A DNA stretch of 64,000 nucleotides from Pseudomonadota bacterium (GTDB lineage: Bacteria; Pseudomonadota; Alphaproteobacteria; Rickettsiales; UBA1997), in assembly GCA_018970485.1 (NCBI GenBank), contig JAGWWH010000002.1:2465-66464 (forward strand). The letters are read 5' to 3'. This document shows, piece by piece, positions 28,420-37,042 of this stretch. The notes below the pieces were generated by a model, which saw nothing but the letters and a program-made list of their open reading frames with translations, ran no database searches and was not told the origin of the DNA. Each line of letters starts with the position of its first letter. The first letter of the stretch is position 1. The position numbers and the translations under genes are program-made.

Positions 28420-29628
28420 CTAATCTTTTGGAATAATTTTTTTAATTTCTTCGCTTACAATTTTTTCAACTAACTGAGACAGATTTTCGTTAAGCCACTT
28501 TTCTAACTTTGGCTCAAGCATCTGAATCGCAAGCTCAGAAAGCATTGGGCTTTGCGAGAAATTAGAAATTCCTAAGACAACATTTTTAGCGTCGAGCAAC
28601 TTCTTAACAGAATTTGAGGTCTGTTTGATGGTATCTTCATTTAGCATAATTCCTCTCTGTTCGACAAATAGTTGATTCGATTTTGTTGGCACTTCCGTTG
28701 CGACCTGAGATTGATTTTGTGAAAAGGAAAATTCTGATATTTCTTGTGCAGGAGCTTCTTGAAAAATATCGGGTTCGATAAGTTTTGGCATCGGCTCCAA
28801 ATCAGGATAGCTGGCTCTCTGCGCTTCTGGAGTAAGAGTTGTAAAATCTGGCTTTTGATCTGGTTTTTTAATACCGAGCAGCTCTTCATTTAACTCAAGA
28901 TGAACATCGCTTTTTTCAACTTCGGCTTCAGCAGCTAGATCTTTCTGTCTTTGAATTTCTCGCTCTAACTCATCGATCTCAGCATCGTGAGAATGATTTT
29001 CTGTCGGACGAGTCGCCTCTTTAACTTCCGATTTTCGCTCTTTTACAACCTCTTCCAAATCGAGATCGTGAAAATCTAAATCAAGATCTTCATCCTTTGT
29101 TGACGCGCTATTGCTAGCGGTTTCCGGTTCACTTTTATCTTTTTTTAGTTCGTTAAAGTTTAGAGACCCCTCTCCGACTAAAGATGAATCGGCCTTTTCT
29201 TTCTGAAGCTCTTCTGCAATTTCTTTTTCAATCTGATCCTCGGAATCATCTTCATTTTCATAATCTTCGCCACCGTCCTTATTAAAATCTTCAAGGGAAT
29301 CTTTGTTCTGAGTGGTAGCAGAGAATTCAGGCAATAAAGGTTTAACGGCAACCTCATCATCTAAGTCAGTGTCTTCCGACAAATATTTTTCTTTCTCTAA
29401 AAAAGATTCTTCTTTTGTGACTTGTTCAGCTTGGAGTGAAGGGGTTTGGAAATTTGTTGATTGAGCTGAAATTGAGATTTTTTGAGCTGTGGTTTCATCT
29501 TTTTTGACCGGAGCAACGTAATCAAACTCACTAGCAAAATCCGCGATTTGATTTGTCGGTTTTTGATCGAATTTATTTAGCTTTTTTTTGATCGAATCCA
29601 AAATCGAATGCGTGTTTTTTTCTGACAT
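28420..29628 (-). CDS. PopZ-like (DUF2497) acidic pole-organising-type protein
   Basis: 402 aa. It has an N-terminal helix HSILDSIKKKL and a long E/D/S/K-rich acidic middle. The C-terminus MLSELAIQMLEPKLEKWLNENLSQLVEKIVSEEIKKI resembles the PopZ/DUF2497 C-terminal domain (from memory). Confidence 0.55.
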   Translation of the reverse strand: MSEKNTHSILDSIKKKLNKFDQKPTNQIADFASEFDYVAPVKKDETTAQKISISAQSTNFQTPSLQAEQVTKEESFLEKEKYLSEDTDLDDEVAVKPLLPEFSATTQNKDSLEDFNKDGGEDYENEDDSEDQIEKEIAEELQKEKADSSLVGEGSLNFNELKKDKSEPETASNSASTKDEDLDLDFHDLDLEEVVKERKSEVKEATRPTENHSHDAEIDELEREIQRQKDLAAEAEVEKSDVHLELNEELLGIKKPDQKPDFTTLTPEAQRASYPDLEPMPKLIEPDIFQEAPAQEISEFSFSQNQSQVATEVPTKSNQLFVEQRGIMLNEDTIKQTSNSVKKLLDAKNVVLGISNFSQSPMLSELAIQMLEPKLEKWLNENLSQLVEKIVSEEIKKIIPKD

Positions 29629-29783
29629 GAGAGCCTTTGATTATCAAGGTTGGTAACGGAATTTTTTCTGTCTAAAAACTACAGAAAAAATTTGCACCGA
29701 TTATTTAATTTTTTGCCGGAATTTTCGACTAAAAATCCCTAAATTAAATTCACCTAAAAATATTTTTTTTCGTAGAAAAATTT

Positions 29784-29809
29784 GAATTTTAGACTCGAGG
29801 CGAAAATTT
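29784..29809. repeat. 26-bp near-palindrome GAATTTTAGACTCGAGGCGAAAATTT (copy 1 of a motif repeated at 63781)
   Basis: It differs at 3 of 26 positions from the perfect palindrome at 63781-63806. A half-site GGAATTTTCGACT lies at 29718-29730. It sits in the 500-bp non-coding gap upstream of cstA. Confidence 0.7.
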
Positions 29810-30128
29810 GAACTAAAACCTTGTAAACCCTTCAGAATAAAGCCCGAAGCCCCGATACAAATTATCCTCCAAAATTACAAAAAACTTTCGTCAAAATTCA
29901 GAAAGTAATTGCCCAAAATCAGTCAAACATTTTGCAAAACTTTCGGTTAAAAAATTTTATCTTTCTTGACGCAAAAGACTAGAATACAACAACAGCAAAT
30001 TACCAAACCCAACCAAACCAAATTATTCCCTTCCAAAAAATTGATTCGACTAATCAACAAAATTCACAACTAACCAAAAAACAGCCGGCGCAAAGATTTT
30101 CGCAGGACCTTAAAAGCAAAACCAAAAA

Positions 30129-32018
30129 ATGAAAAACTTTCGCTCCATTTCACCTTGGTCAATAGGTTGGATTTTAATCGGAATTCTCGGCGCTGTCGCA
30201 CTCAGCGGAATCGCATTAATCCGCGAAGAAAAAATTTCCTCACTCTGGTTTTTAACCGCTTGCATCTGCACGCAACTCATCGCCTACCGTTTTTATTCCG
30301 CATTTATTTCGGCGAAAATTTTGTGTCTCGACGCGAACAGAATCACGCCGGCAAATCGCATTAACGACGGCAAAGATTTCGTGCCAACAAATCGCTGGAT
30401 CGTCTTTGGACACCACTTCGCCGCAATCGCCGGACCCGGTCCACTGATCGGCCCTACCCTCGCCGCGCAATTTGGTTACTTGCCTGGAACCTTGTGGATA
30501 TTGATCGGATGCGTGCTCGCCGGCGCGGTACAAGATTTAGTAATTTTATTTTCTTCTCTGCGGCGCGACGGAAAATCTTTGGGACAAATGATCAAAGACG
30601 AGCTCGGCGAAATCGCTGGCTACGCAGCATTAATCGGCACTCTCGCCATTATTATTATTTTAATTGCCGTTCTCGCTCTTGTTGTCGTAAAGGCCTTGAT
30701 GCACAGCCCGTGGGGCTCCTTCACGGTTTTCATGACAATTCCAATCGCGATGTTGATTGGAACTTACCTCTATTTCATCCGACCGCAAGGCGTGCTGGAA
30801 GCGAGTTTGGTGGGAATAATTTTATTTTTACTCGCAGTTTACGGTGGAAAATTTGTTCACGAAAATCCCGCTCTCGCAATATTTTTTGATCGCGACGCCA
30901 AGTTCCTCGCCTTCGCAATAATGATTTACGGATTCGCCGCGGCGACTCTTCCTGTCTGGCTTCTCCTTGCTCCACGTGATTACCTTTCTTCATTTTTAAA
31001 GCTCGGAACAATCACTTTGCTTGCAATCGCTCTGCTCATTTTTCGCCCCGACATTCAGATGCCGGCACTAACAAAATTCACCGACGGAAGTGGCCCAATT
31101 TTCGCCGGAAAAATTTTTCCGTTTCTCTTCATTACAATTGCCTGCGGCGCGATTTCTGGATTTCATTCTCTCGTCGCTTCCGGCACCACGCCAAAAATTA
31201 TTTCTAACGAAAAAGATGTGCGCCTAATCGGCTACGGAAGCATGTTGCTTGAAGGCTGCGTGGCAATGATGGCAATGATCGCGGCTTGCGTTTTGGATCC
31301 GGGAATTTTCTTCGCGATTAACTCACCAACTACAGTTGAGGCATTTCCCGTCGCTCCCGAAATAATGCAAAATCTCGCCACGCAAATGGGTGAAAATACA
31401 CTCTACGCCAGAACCGGCGGCGCCCCGTCTTTGGCGGTCGGAATGGCCAATATTTTCTCCTCCGCTTTCGGCGCGCAGATGCTTTCAATGTGGTACCATT
31501 TCGCAATAATGTTCGAGGCGATTTTTATTTTGACGACGCTGGACGCGGGCACCCGCGTGGCTCGATTCATGTTTGAAGATTTACTCAAGCAAGTGACGAA
31601 GAAAAAAATATCACCGATTTTTTCGAGCCTAATGATCGTCGGAGCTTGGGGATATTTTCTTTACGCGGGAGTGGTCGATCCAAATGGCGGCGTGAATCTG
31701 CTTTGGCCACTTTTTGGAATGTCGAATCAAATGCTCGCGGGAATCGCTCTGACGCTGGCGACGGTGATTATTTTTAAAAGCAAAGGCGCGAAATTTTGTC
31801 TCGTGACTTTAATTCCTCTTCTTTTCGTGCTTACAGTCACAACCTCTGCGGCGATTGAAAAAGTTTTTTCTGCGGATCTTAAAATTGGATTTTTGGTGAA
31901 TGACAAAAAATTAATCAGCGCTCTGGCTTTAGGTTTCTTGGCGGTTTTGTGGATTGTAGTGATTGAGGCATCGCGCAAAACCTTACGCCCTCCTGGATTC
32001 CCGCCTTCGCGGGAATGA
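30129..32018 (+). CDS. cstA: carbon starvation protein A (peptide/pyruvate transporter family)
   Basis: 629-aa polytopic protein with the CstA pattern (VFGHHFAAIAGPGPLIGP, ACGAISGFHSLVASGTTPK). It is followed by a ybdD-like small gene. The last 9 or so codons and the stop lie inside a repeat arm. Confidence 0.9.
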   Translation: MKNFRSISPWSIGWILIGILGAVALSGIALIREEKISSLWFLTACICTQLIAYRFYSAFISAKILCLDANRITPANRINDGKDFVPTNRWIVFGHHFAAIAGPGPLIGPTLAAQFGYLPGTLWILIGCVLAGAVQDLVILFSSLRRDGKSLGQMIKDELGEIAGYAALIGTLAIIIILIAVLALVVVKALMHSPWGSFTVFMTIPIAMLIGTYLYFIRPQGVLEASLVGIILFLLAVYGGKFVHENPALAIFFDRDAKFLAFAIMIYGFAAATLPVWLLLAPRDYLSSFLKLGTITLLAIALLIFRPDIQMPALTKFTDGSGPIFAGKIFPFLFITIACGAISGFHSLVASGTTPKIISNEKDVRLIGYGSMLLEGCVAMMAMIAACVLDPGIFFAINSPTTVEAFPVAPEIMQNLATQMGENTLYARTGGAPSLAVGMANIFSSAFGAQMLSMWYHFAIMFEAIFILTTLDAGTRVARFMFEDLLKQVTKKKISPIFSSLMIVGAWGYFLYAGVVDPNGGVNLLWPLFGMSNQMLAGIALTLATVIIFKSKGAKFCLVTLIPLLFVLTVTTSAAIEKVFSADLKIGFLVNDKKLISALALGFLAVLWIVVIEASRKTLRPPGFPPSRE

Positions 32019-32065
32019 CCAAGACGAGTAAGTACAAAGTCATCCCCGCGCAGGCGGGGATCCAG
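31993..32065. repeat. family-A palindromic repeat, arms in reversed order (CTGGATTCCCGCCTTCGCGGGAATGAC ... GTCATCCCCGCGCAGGCGGGGATCCAG)
   Basis: The two arms are reverse complements of each other, and each arm contains its own hairpin (CCCGC-N4-GCGGG). The element spans the cstA stop (32016-18) and the cstA-ybdD spacer. Confidence 0.85.
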
Positions 32066-32080
32066 AAAAAAAATATAAAA

Positions 32081-32248
32081 ATGAAAAAATTCCGAGAATT
32101 CCTACTCCTAATCCGCGACACAATCAGAGGTGATTTTGCTTACAAAAATTATCTAAAACATTGCGGAAAAAATAATCCCCTTGATCGAAAAACTTTTCTA
32201 CGCAATCGTCAGAAAGCTAGGTGGGACAAGGTTAACCGCTGTTGCTAA
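32081..32248 (+). CDS. YbdD/YjiX-family small protein (CstA partner, DUF466)
   Basis: 55 aa from ATG 32081: ...DFAYKNYLKHC...FLRNRQKARWDKVNRCC*, with the C-terminal CC and Y..Y..H motif typical of YbdD. The track ORF from 32015 begins in repeat-derived sequence (VIPAQAGIQ). Confidence 0.7.
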   Translation: MKKFREFLLLIRDTIRGDFAYKNYLKHCGKNNPLDRKTFLRNRQKARWDKVNRCC

Positions 32249-32276
32249 AAAATTCCAAAATCAAAATTTTTAAAAA

Positions 32277-33557
32277 ATGACTGACCAACTAAAACAAAAT
32301 ATTTTTGCTGCGGTTAACGAATATTGCTCTGCAAATCACAACTTTAATTTCGATCCAAAAAATCCGATTATTCGTTTGCACGAACCAACTTTTAGCGCCG
32401 AGGAAATCAATGCATTTCTTGAGCCAATGCTTACCACTCAAGTCACCATGGGCAGAGAAGTTCGTAAATTTGAAGAACAATATGCGAAGGAATTTGGTCA
32501 CAAATATGGCGTAATGAATAATTCCGGATCTTCGGCAAACCTTCTTGCCGTAGCTGCCATCGCTAATCCACAAACTAAAAATAATTTAAAAACAGGTGAT
32601 GAAGTTATTGTTCCATCTCTCTCTTGGTCTACAACTGTGTGGCCTCTCATTCAGAGTAATTTGATTCCCGTTCTAGTCGATTGCGATCCAAAAACTTTTA
32701 ATCTTGATCTCAATAAAGTTGAAGCCGCGATCACCCCAAAAACAAAAGCAATCATGCTCGTACACGTTTACGGCAACCCTTGCGATATGGATGCTTTGAT
32801 GGCGCTGGCAAAAAAATACAATTTACAGGTGATTGAAGATACCTGCGAATCAATGGGTGCATACTACAAAGGCAAGGCTGTGGGAACTTTCGGTCGCGTG
32901 GCAACTTTCAGTTTTTATTTCTCACATCACATCACAACTCTCGAAGGCGGAATCACTGTGACTGACGATTTTGAGCTCGCTGAAACCATGAGAATCATGC
33001 GCGCGCACGGTTGGACACGTGAAGCGGACGAACATGCAAAATATGTCGCCAAATATCCTGACATCGATCCACGTTTCATTTTCGTAAATCTTGGATACAA
33101 CTTGCGCCCTACAGAATGCCAAGCGCGCATGGGTCAGATTCAACTTCCAAAATTAGCTGGATTCGTCAATCAACGTCGCGCAAATGTCGCAACTTACTTC
33201 AAAAATTTGTCGAAATATTCCGACATTTTTGACTTCCAACACGAGACTCCGGAATCTCGTTCCAGCTGGTTCGGCTTCTCAATTATCCTGAAAGATAAAT
33301 GTCCATTCAAAGTAAAAGAAATTTCTGATTTCTTGAAAGCGCAAAAAATCGAAAATCGTCCGATCATTGCCGGAAATATCGGTTACCATCCAGTGATGAA
33401 AATGTACGAACACCGAATGGCCGGCGATCAAAGCGCTTCCAACAATATCATGAAAAATGGTTTCGCTTTCGGTTGCCATCAGGCGATGAATGAGGAAGCG
33501 GTGAACTATGTCTGCTCTAAGGTTGATGAGTTTGTGGCGAATTACAAAAAAAGCTAA
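32277..33557 (+). CDS. PLP/PMP-dependent sugar 3-dehydratase, ColD-like (DegT/DnrJ/EryC1 family)
   Basis: 426 aa, aligned by eye along most of its length with E. coli ColD as remembered (NSGSSANLL, EVIVPSLSWSTTVWP, IEDTCESMG, FSFYFSHHITTLEGG, RAHGWTRE, SSWFGFSII, ENRPIIAGN). His replaces the Schiff-base Lys. Confidence 0.8.
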   Translation: MTDQLKQNIFAAVNEYCSANHNFNFDPKNPIIRLHEPTFSAEEINAFLEPMLTTQVTMGREVRKFEEQYAKEFGHKYGVMNNSGSSANLLAVAAIANPQTKNNLKTGDEVIVPSLSWSTTVWPLIQSNLIPVLVDCDPKTFNLDLNKVEAAITPKTKAIMLVHVYGNPCDMDALMALAKKYNLQVIEDTCESMGAYYKGKAVGTFGRVATFSFYFSHHITTLEGGITVTDDFELAETMRIMRAHGWTREADEHAKYVAKYPDIDPRFIFVNLGYNLRPTECQARMGQIQLPKLAGFVNQRRANVATYFKNLSKYSDIFDFQHETPESRSSWFGFSIILKDKCPFKVKEISDFLKAQKIENRPIIAGNIGYHPVMKMYEHRMAGDQSASNNIMKNGFAFGCHQAMNEEAVNYVCSKVDEFVANYKKS

Positions 33558-33558
33558 A

Positions 33559-34563
33559 ATGACCAATAGCGCTAAAAAAATTACCGAAATTCTGGATTCA
33601 TTAAAGATTCCATTTTCGGGTAGCGCTATTGGATCCTACCACATTTCTCCCTTTCCTCAAGCTAGCGTTTCTGGAATCGGAGCCGTGCTTTATCGCGACA
33701 AAAAAACCAAAAAAATTTACACTTTGCTGCAACGTCGCTTCAAAGATAATTTTCAATGGTGGGTGGCTGGAGGTTACGTAGAGCTGCCTCCGCGCGATGA
33801 TTTTTTTACGAAAAATTTTCAGAAAATAAAAAACGCAACGATCGGCGAATATCAAAAAAATGCTGTGAAGCAAGGATGGCAGAAGGCTTACAAAGAAATT
33901 AACGATCCAAAAAAATTAGCAGAAACGCTCAAGAAACATAAAATTAATTGGCCGAAAGAAGTTGATTTTAATTGGCAATCAGCCTGGCAGCGCGAGGTCT
34001 TAGAAGAGACGGGAGTTGATTTGGATAAGTTTGCGGATCGATTAATTTTCGACTTAAACAGCAGTAAGACTCTGTCTGTCGGCGTTGAGCCGGATCGTCT
34101 CGTTAATATCGACGGAAAATTTTGTGCCTTTTTAGGTGATTTAGACAAGGCCCCCAAAACCACGCCAGACGAGGAAACTGAAGAGTTGCAATGGATTGCA
34201 CTTGAAGAAATTTCTTTCGATAAAAAAAATTTTGTCGCGCGCGGAAAATCAGTAAATCTTTACACTGTGGCTTTGATTGAAGAGGGATTATTCAGAACCA
34301 TCTGCCACAAAATTCAGGAAATTTCCAAAATCATCAATCCCGTCACCAAGCAAGAAATATCACGCTTTAACACTCCGCAGAATCTACAAAGTTTTTTGAT
34401 TCTTAATCCAAAAATTAAGCGCACTAAAGAGATCAAAGAATTTTTAGCTTGGGAATTTGGCGAGTTGGAAATTGGGAAGAGTCTGTGTGGGAGAGATGGT
34501 GATAAATTATACAAAATAACACTGATTATTTCTAGATACCTCAAATCCACTTCCACTTTTTAA
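33559..34563 (+). CDS. Nudix-like hydrolase with split Nudix box
   Basis: 335 aa from ATG 33559, 1 nt after the upstream stop. The sequence WWVAGGYVE ... (69 aa) ... REVLEETGV matches the two halves of GX5EX7REUXEEXGU separated by an insertion. Confidence 0.5.
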   Translation: MTNSAKKITEILDSLKIPFSGSAIGSYHISPFPQASVSGIGAVLYRDKKTKKIYTLLQRRFKDNFQWWVAGGYVELPPRDDFFTKNFQKIKNATIGEYQKNAVKQGWQKAYKEINDPKKLAETLKKHKINWPKEVDFNWQSAWQREVLEETGVDLDKFADRLIFDLNSSKTLSVGVEPDRLVNIDGKFCAFLGDLDKAPKTTPDEETEELQWIALEEISFDKKNFVARGKSVNLYTVALIEEGLFRTICHKIQEISKIINPVTKQEISRFNTPQNLQSFLILNPKIKRTKEIKEFLAWEFGELEIGKSLCGRDGDKLYKITLIISRYLKSTSTF

Positions 34564-36055
34564 ACAACCTCCTTCTCAACTCTTCATTGATCTCAATCAT
34601 ATTTTTGTAAGGCTTGGGAAACTTAACCAAGTTACGAAACGGACCTCTTCTCGATGAGTTGATGATGTAGTAATAAGAATGATGCCTAAACACCCTTATA
34701 CTCTCCCACTCAAGAATTTTCTGACAAATAATTTGTTTATATCGCCGAAAATCCGAAGTAAGAAACCCGTCTACTAAACCCCTTAGAAAAAAATCGGTTA
34801 TTCTGTATCGCCTTCTGGTTTTAATTTTCTTGTCACATTCATTTGCGATATAACTTAATAAGCTAGAAGCATTCTTTCGCGAGGAATACAGCTTTAGCAC
34901 CGTCTCTTTTGCTTTAAGCCTCATTTCATCTATAGTATTTCTTTGATCAATTATTCCGATCACTACTGAAACTAATTGCTCAGTTAACGCCCCTTCTAAT
35001 GCCAAATAATTCTCAACATCTGACTTTAATAACGACACCTCATCCCGAAACACTGCCTTCTTAACGCCCTTTAAAACAATACCATTATTCAAATGGTCAA
35101 CATATTGATCAGTTCCTACGGTATCAGTAACTATGGGTATCGCCCCACAATACATCGATTTTAATATACTCATTGAATGCAACTGCGCCGACGGCAATAA
35201 GAAAAAGTCCGCCATCTTGTACAGCACATTCATTTCATGATCCGATAAATATTCTTCATACCAAATAATCGATTCACAACTGTAGATAAAATCAACCTGC
35301 GCATCACTTAAACCCATACACAAAAAATCCAGTCTAGTAAGTTTGATACACTTAAAAACGAATTTAACTTTATATCCCGATTCGATCAATTTTTTGGCTA
35401 GATTAATAGTAACTTTGAAGCCCCTGGTAACATAGTTATTGGTGTTTTGATGACCGGATGAGGTAAATAAAAAAATTGTCTCTTCCGGGTTTTTATGAAA
35501 GTTCTTCAAACTATCAGCAGCTTTGGTAAAACTACTCGAAACCGCAATTCTACTGTAATGAAGTTTGGAATTGATTATCGGACTACCGAAGTAATTTCGA
35601 AAACTTTGCAAGGTTTCGGGAATGTGAGAAACAACAGCCAAACAACTCTCTTGCTCAAAAATTTTTTTTAGATCCACATCTTTCTTGAAAACCGTCAATG
35701 TATCTCGATGCAAAAAAATACTCTGAAAATCTTCGAGGTGAAAAACAAATGGATCTCCCCCGTTGGCAAATATCGGAGAAGTGTGGAGCAGTTCTAAATC
35801 ACAAAAAGAAGAGCCGATTTTGTTCAGCAAATACGAGACCGAAGATGACCTATTGTAAGATTTGAAATCCATCATCCGCCTAACGAAAAAAGCGAAAAAT
35901 CTCAAAATCTTTTTACCATAAAACCTTTTTAATTTTAACGCCTTAAATTCAAAAAAATCACCCTCCTCTAGAAGAAAATCATATAAATCATGAAAACCAT
36001 TAGAGGCATAATATTCCGGCAGATTCCACGGCAAAAATATTTTTAATTTTCTCAT
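34541..36055 (-). CDS. glycosyltransferase, GT-B (GT1/GT4-like)
   Basis: 504 aa from ATG 36055 (ATGA overlap with the upstream gene). The C-terminal half has the GT-B pattern FLLPSAQLHSMSILKSMYCGAIPIVTDTVGTDQYVDHLNNGIVL. Confidence 0.55.
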   Translation of the reverse strand: MRKLKIFLPWNLPEYYASNGFHDLYDFLLEEGDFFEFKALKLKRFYGKKILRFFAFFVRRMMDFKSYNRSSSVSYLLNKIGSSFCDLELLHTSPIFANGGDPFVFHLEDFQSIFLHRDTLTVFKKDVDLKKIFEQESCLAVVSHIPETLQSFRNYFGSPIINSKLHYSRIAVSSSFTKAADSLKNFHKNPEETIFLFTSSGHQNTNNYVTRGFKVTINLAKKLIESGYKVKFVFKCIKLTRLDFLCMGLSDAQVDFIYSCESIIWYEEYLSDHEMNVLYKMADFFLLPSAQLHSMSILKSMYCGAIPIVTDTVGTDQYVDHLNNGIVLKGVKKAVFRDEVSLLKSDVENYLALEGALTEQLVSVVIGIIDQRNTIDEMRLKAKETVLKLYSSRKNASSLLSYIANECDKKIKTRRRYRITDFFLRGLVDGFLTSDFRRYKQIICQKILEWESIRVFRHHSYYYIINSSRRGPFRNLVKFPKPYKNMIEINEELRRRLFKKWKWI

Positions 36056-37023
36056 CTTATCACCCCTTCGGCCTCGCCCCAAATCCTAAAATGCTCTTCC
36101 GGAAATCTGGCTCTGGATGCGATCTCATTATAGTTTTGTAGATAGTTCCCATAAAAAATGCCACTTTCTCTTAAATAAGATGAAACTTCATTGAGATTGC
36201 TCAAACCCACTCTGGCATAGAAATTACCACTACTCTCGCCTGGTAATTGATCCTCAATTGAAACCGTCATCTTGCCAAGCGATAGTGCTAATATTATACG
36301 CAAGATCGATGGATATTTCCAATTCTCATCCTGAGGAATATTTAAATTAATCTTTGCCTTGGAGATAAGTTGATTTCTCTGTCTGCGATTTAATATTTTT
36401 TGATAAGCGTTGTCCTTCACGGAGAAGGACATCATCCTAAGCCCTTCTATTATTCTCGATCTGTACTTAGTATCTCTGCCAGAAAAGATTAGATCACATT
36501 CCATATTGTCACCAACATCAACTTTCTTTATTTGCGGATAGGGTATCATTATAGGGGTCTTGCTAATCATTTCACGAAAATTTTTTAATTTCGGATATTC
36601 GCCAAGGGTAAATATGTACTTAATGTATGGAGATAGGGTAAGAAGCGACAAGATCCTTTGTTTCACAGCCGGATTATAGTGAGTCTTATCAATCCTACCT
36701 AGCGGAACAGAATATGCGTGTATTATGTTGTCGATATAATCTATGTGTTCCGTCATAATTACTGCTACCTTCTTACCCCTGCTTTCACAATAATTTATTA
36801 TCCTTTCAACATCGCCAGGCTTCTTTTTTTGAATTCTTTTTGAGCTTTCATCAAAACATTCTATTAAAATATTTAACGCATCATCCCTAAATTCACCGCC
36901 AATTGATAAGTTATATCCACTTTGCTTAAAGGACGCCTTCATGAATTCCAGCTGATCAACAACGTAGCTAATATCAGAAATGTTAAATAGACAAAGATGC
37001 GCTTTCACTGGTGGAGCATCCAA
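36052..37023 (-). CDS. hypothetical protein, possibly CgeB/DUF3880-like glycosyltransferase
   Basis: 323 aa with an uncertain TTG start. The weak pattern ISKAKINLNIPQDENWKYPSILRIILALSLG resembles CgeB-type GT C-termini. It lies between two GT genes. Confidence 0.4.
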   Translation of the reverse strand: MDAPPVKAHLCLFNISDISYVVDQLEFMKASFKQSGYNLSIGGEFRDDALNILIECFDESSKRIQKKKPGDVERIINYCESRGKKVAVIMTEHIDYIDNIIHAYSVPLGRIDKTHYNPAVKQRILSLLTLSPYIKYIFTLGEYPKLKNFREMISKTPIMIPYPQIKKVDVGDNMECDLIFSGRDTKYRSRIIEGLRMMSFSVKDNAYQKILNRRQRNQLISKAKINLNIPQDENWKYPSILRIILALSLGKMTVSIEDQLPGESSGNFYARVGLSNLNEVSSYLRESGIFYGNYLQNYNEIASRARFPEEHFRIWGEAEGVIR

Positions 37024-37042
37024 ATTTTATCACCAATGCAAA

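Noticed and set aside
29966-29985. TTGACG ... TAGAAT as a sigma-70 promoter for cstA.
   Set aside because: The two hexamers are only 8 nt apart instead of about 17, so they cannot serve together as -35 and -10 elements. No better-spaced pair was convincing by eye.
30494-30889. 131-aa arginine-rich ORF and other alternative-frame ORFs inside cstA (30155-31978).
   Set aside because: cstA is locally GC-rich; hand counts reached up to about 62-65% in single 60-nt lines. This GC content keeps off-frames open. The products are R/S-rich nonsense, and the CstA frame carries all recognisable motifs.
31915-32121. Track ORFs containing VIPAKAGIQ / WIPACAGMT / LDPRLRGDD-type peptides (31915-32121, 46357-46569, 46442-46663, 46551-46784, 59697-59897, and the first 24 codons of 53939-55204).
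   Set aside because: Their only long open stretches are translations of the family-A palindromic repeat. They lie in intergenic DNA or antisense to real genes and have no other protein-like features. Start codons of neighbouring real genes were moved accordingly.
35660-35680. A/T homopolymer runs (7-8 nt) inside glycosyltransferase genes (e.g. about 35665-35677 and about 36826-36833) as phase-variation switches.
   Set aside because: Runs of this length are common throughout this A/T-rich window, including in housekeeping genes. No frameshifted GT alleles are visible, so there is no specific evidence for slipped-strand regulation.
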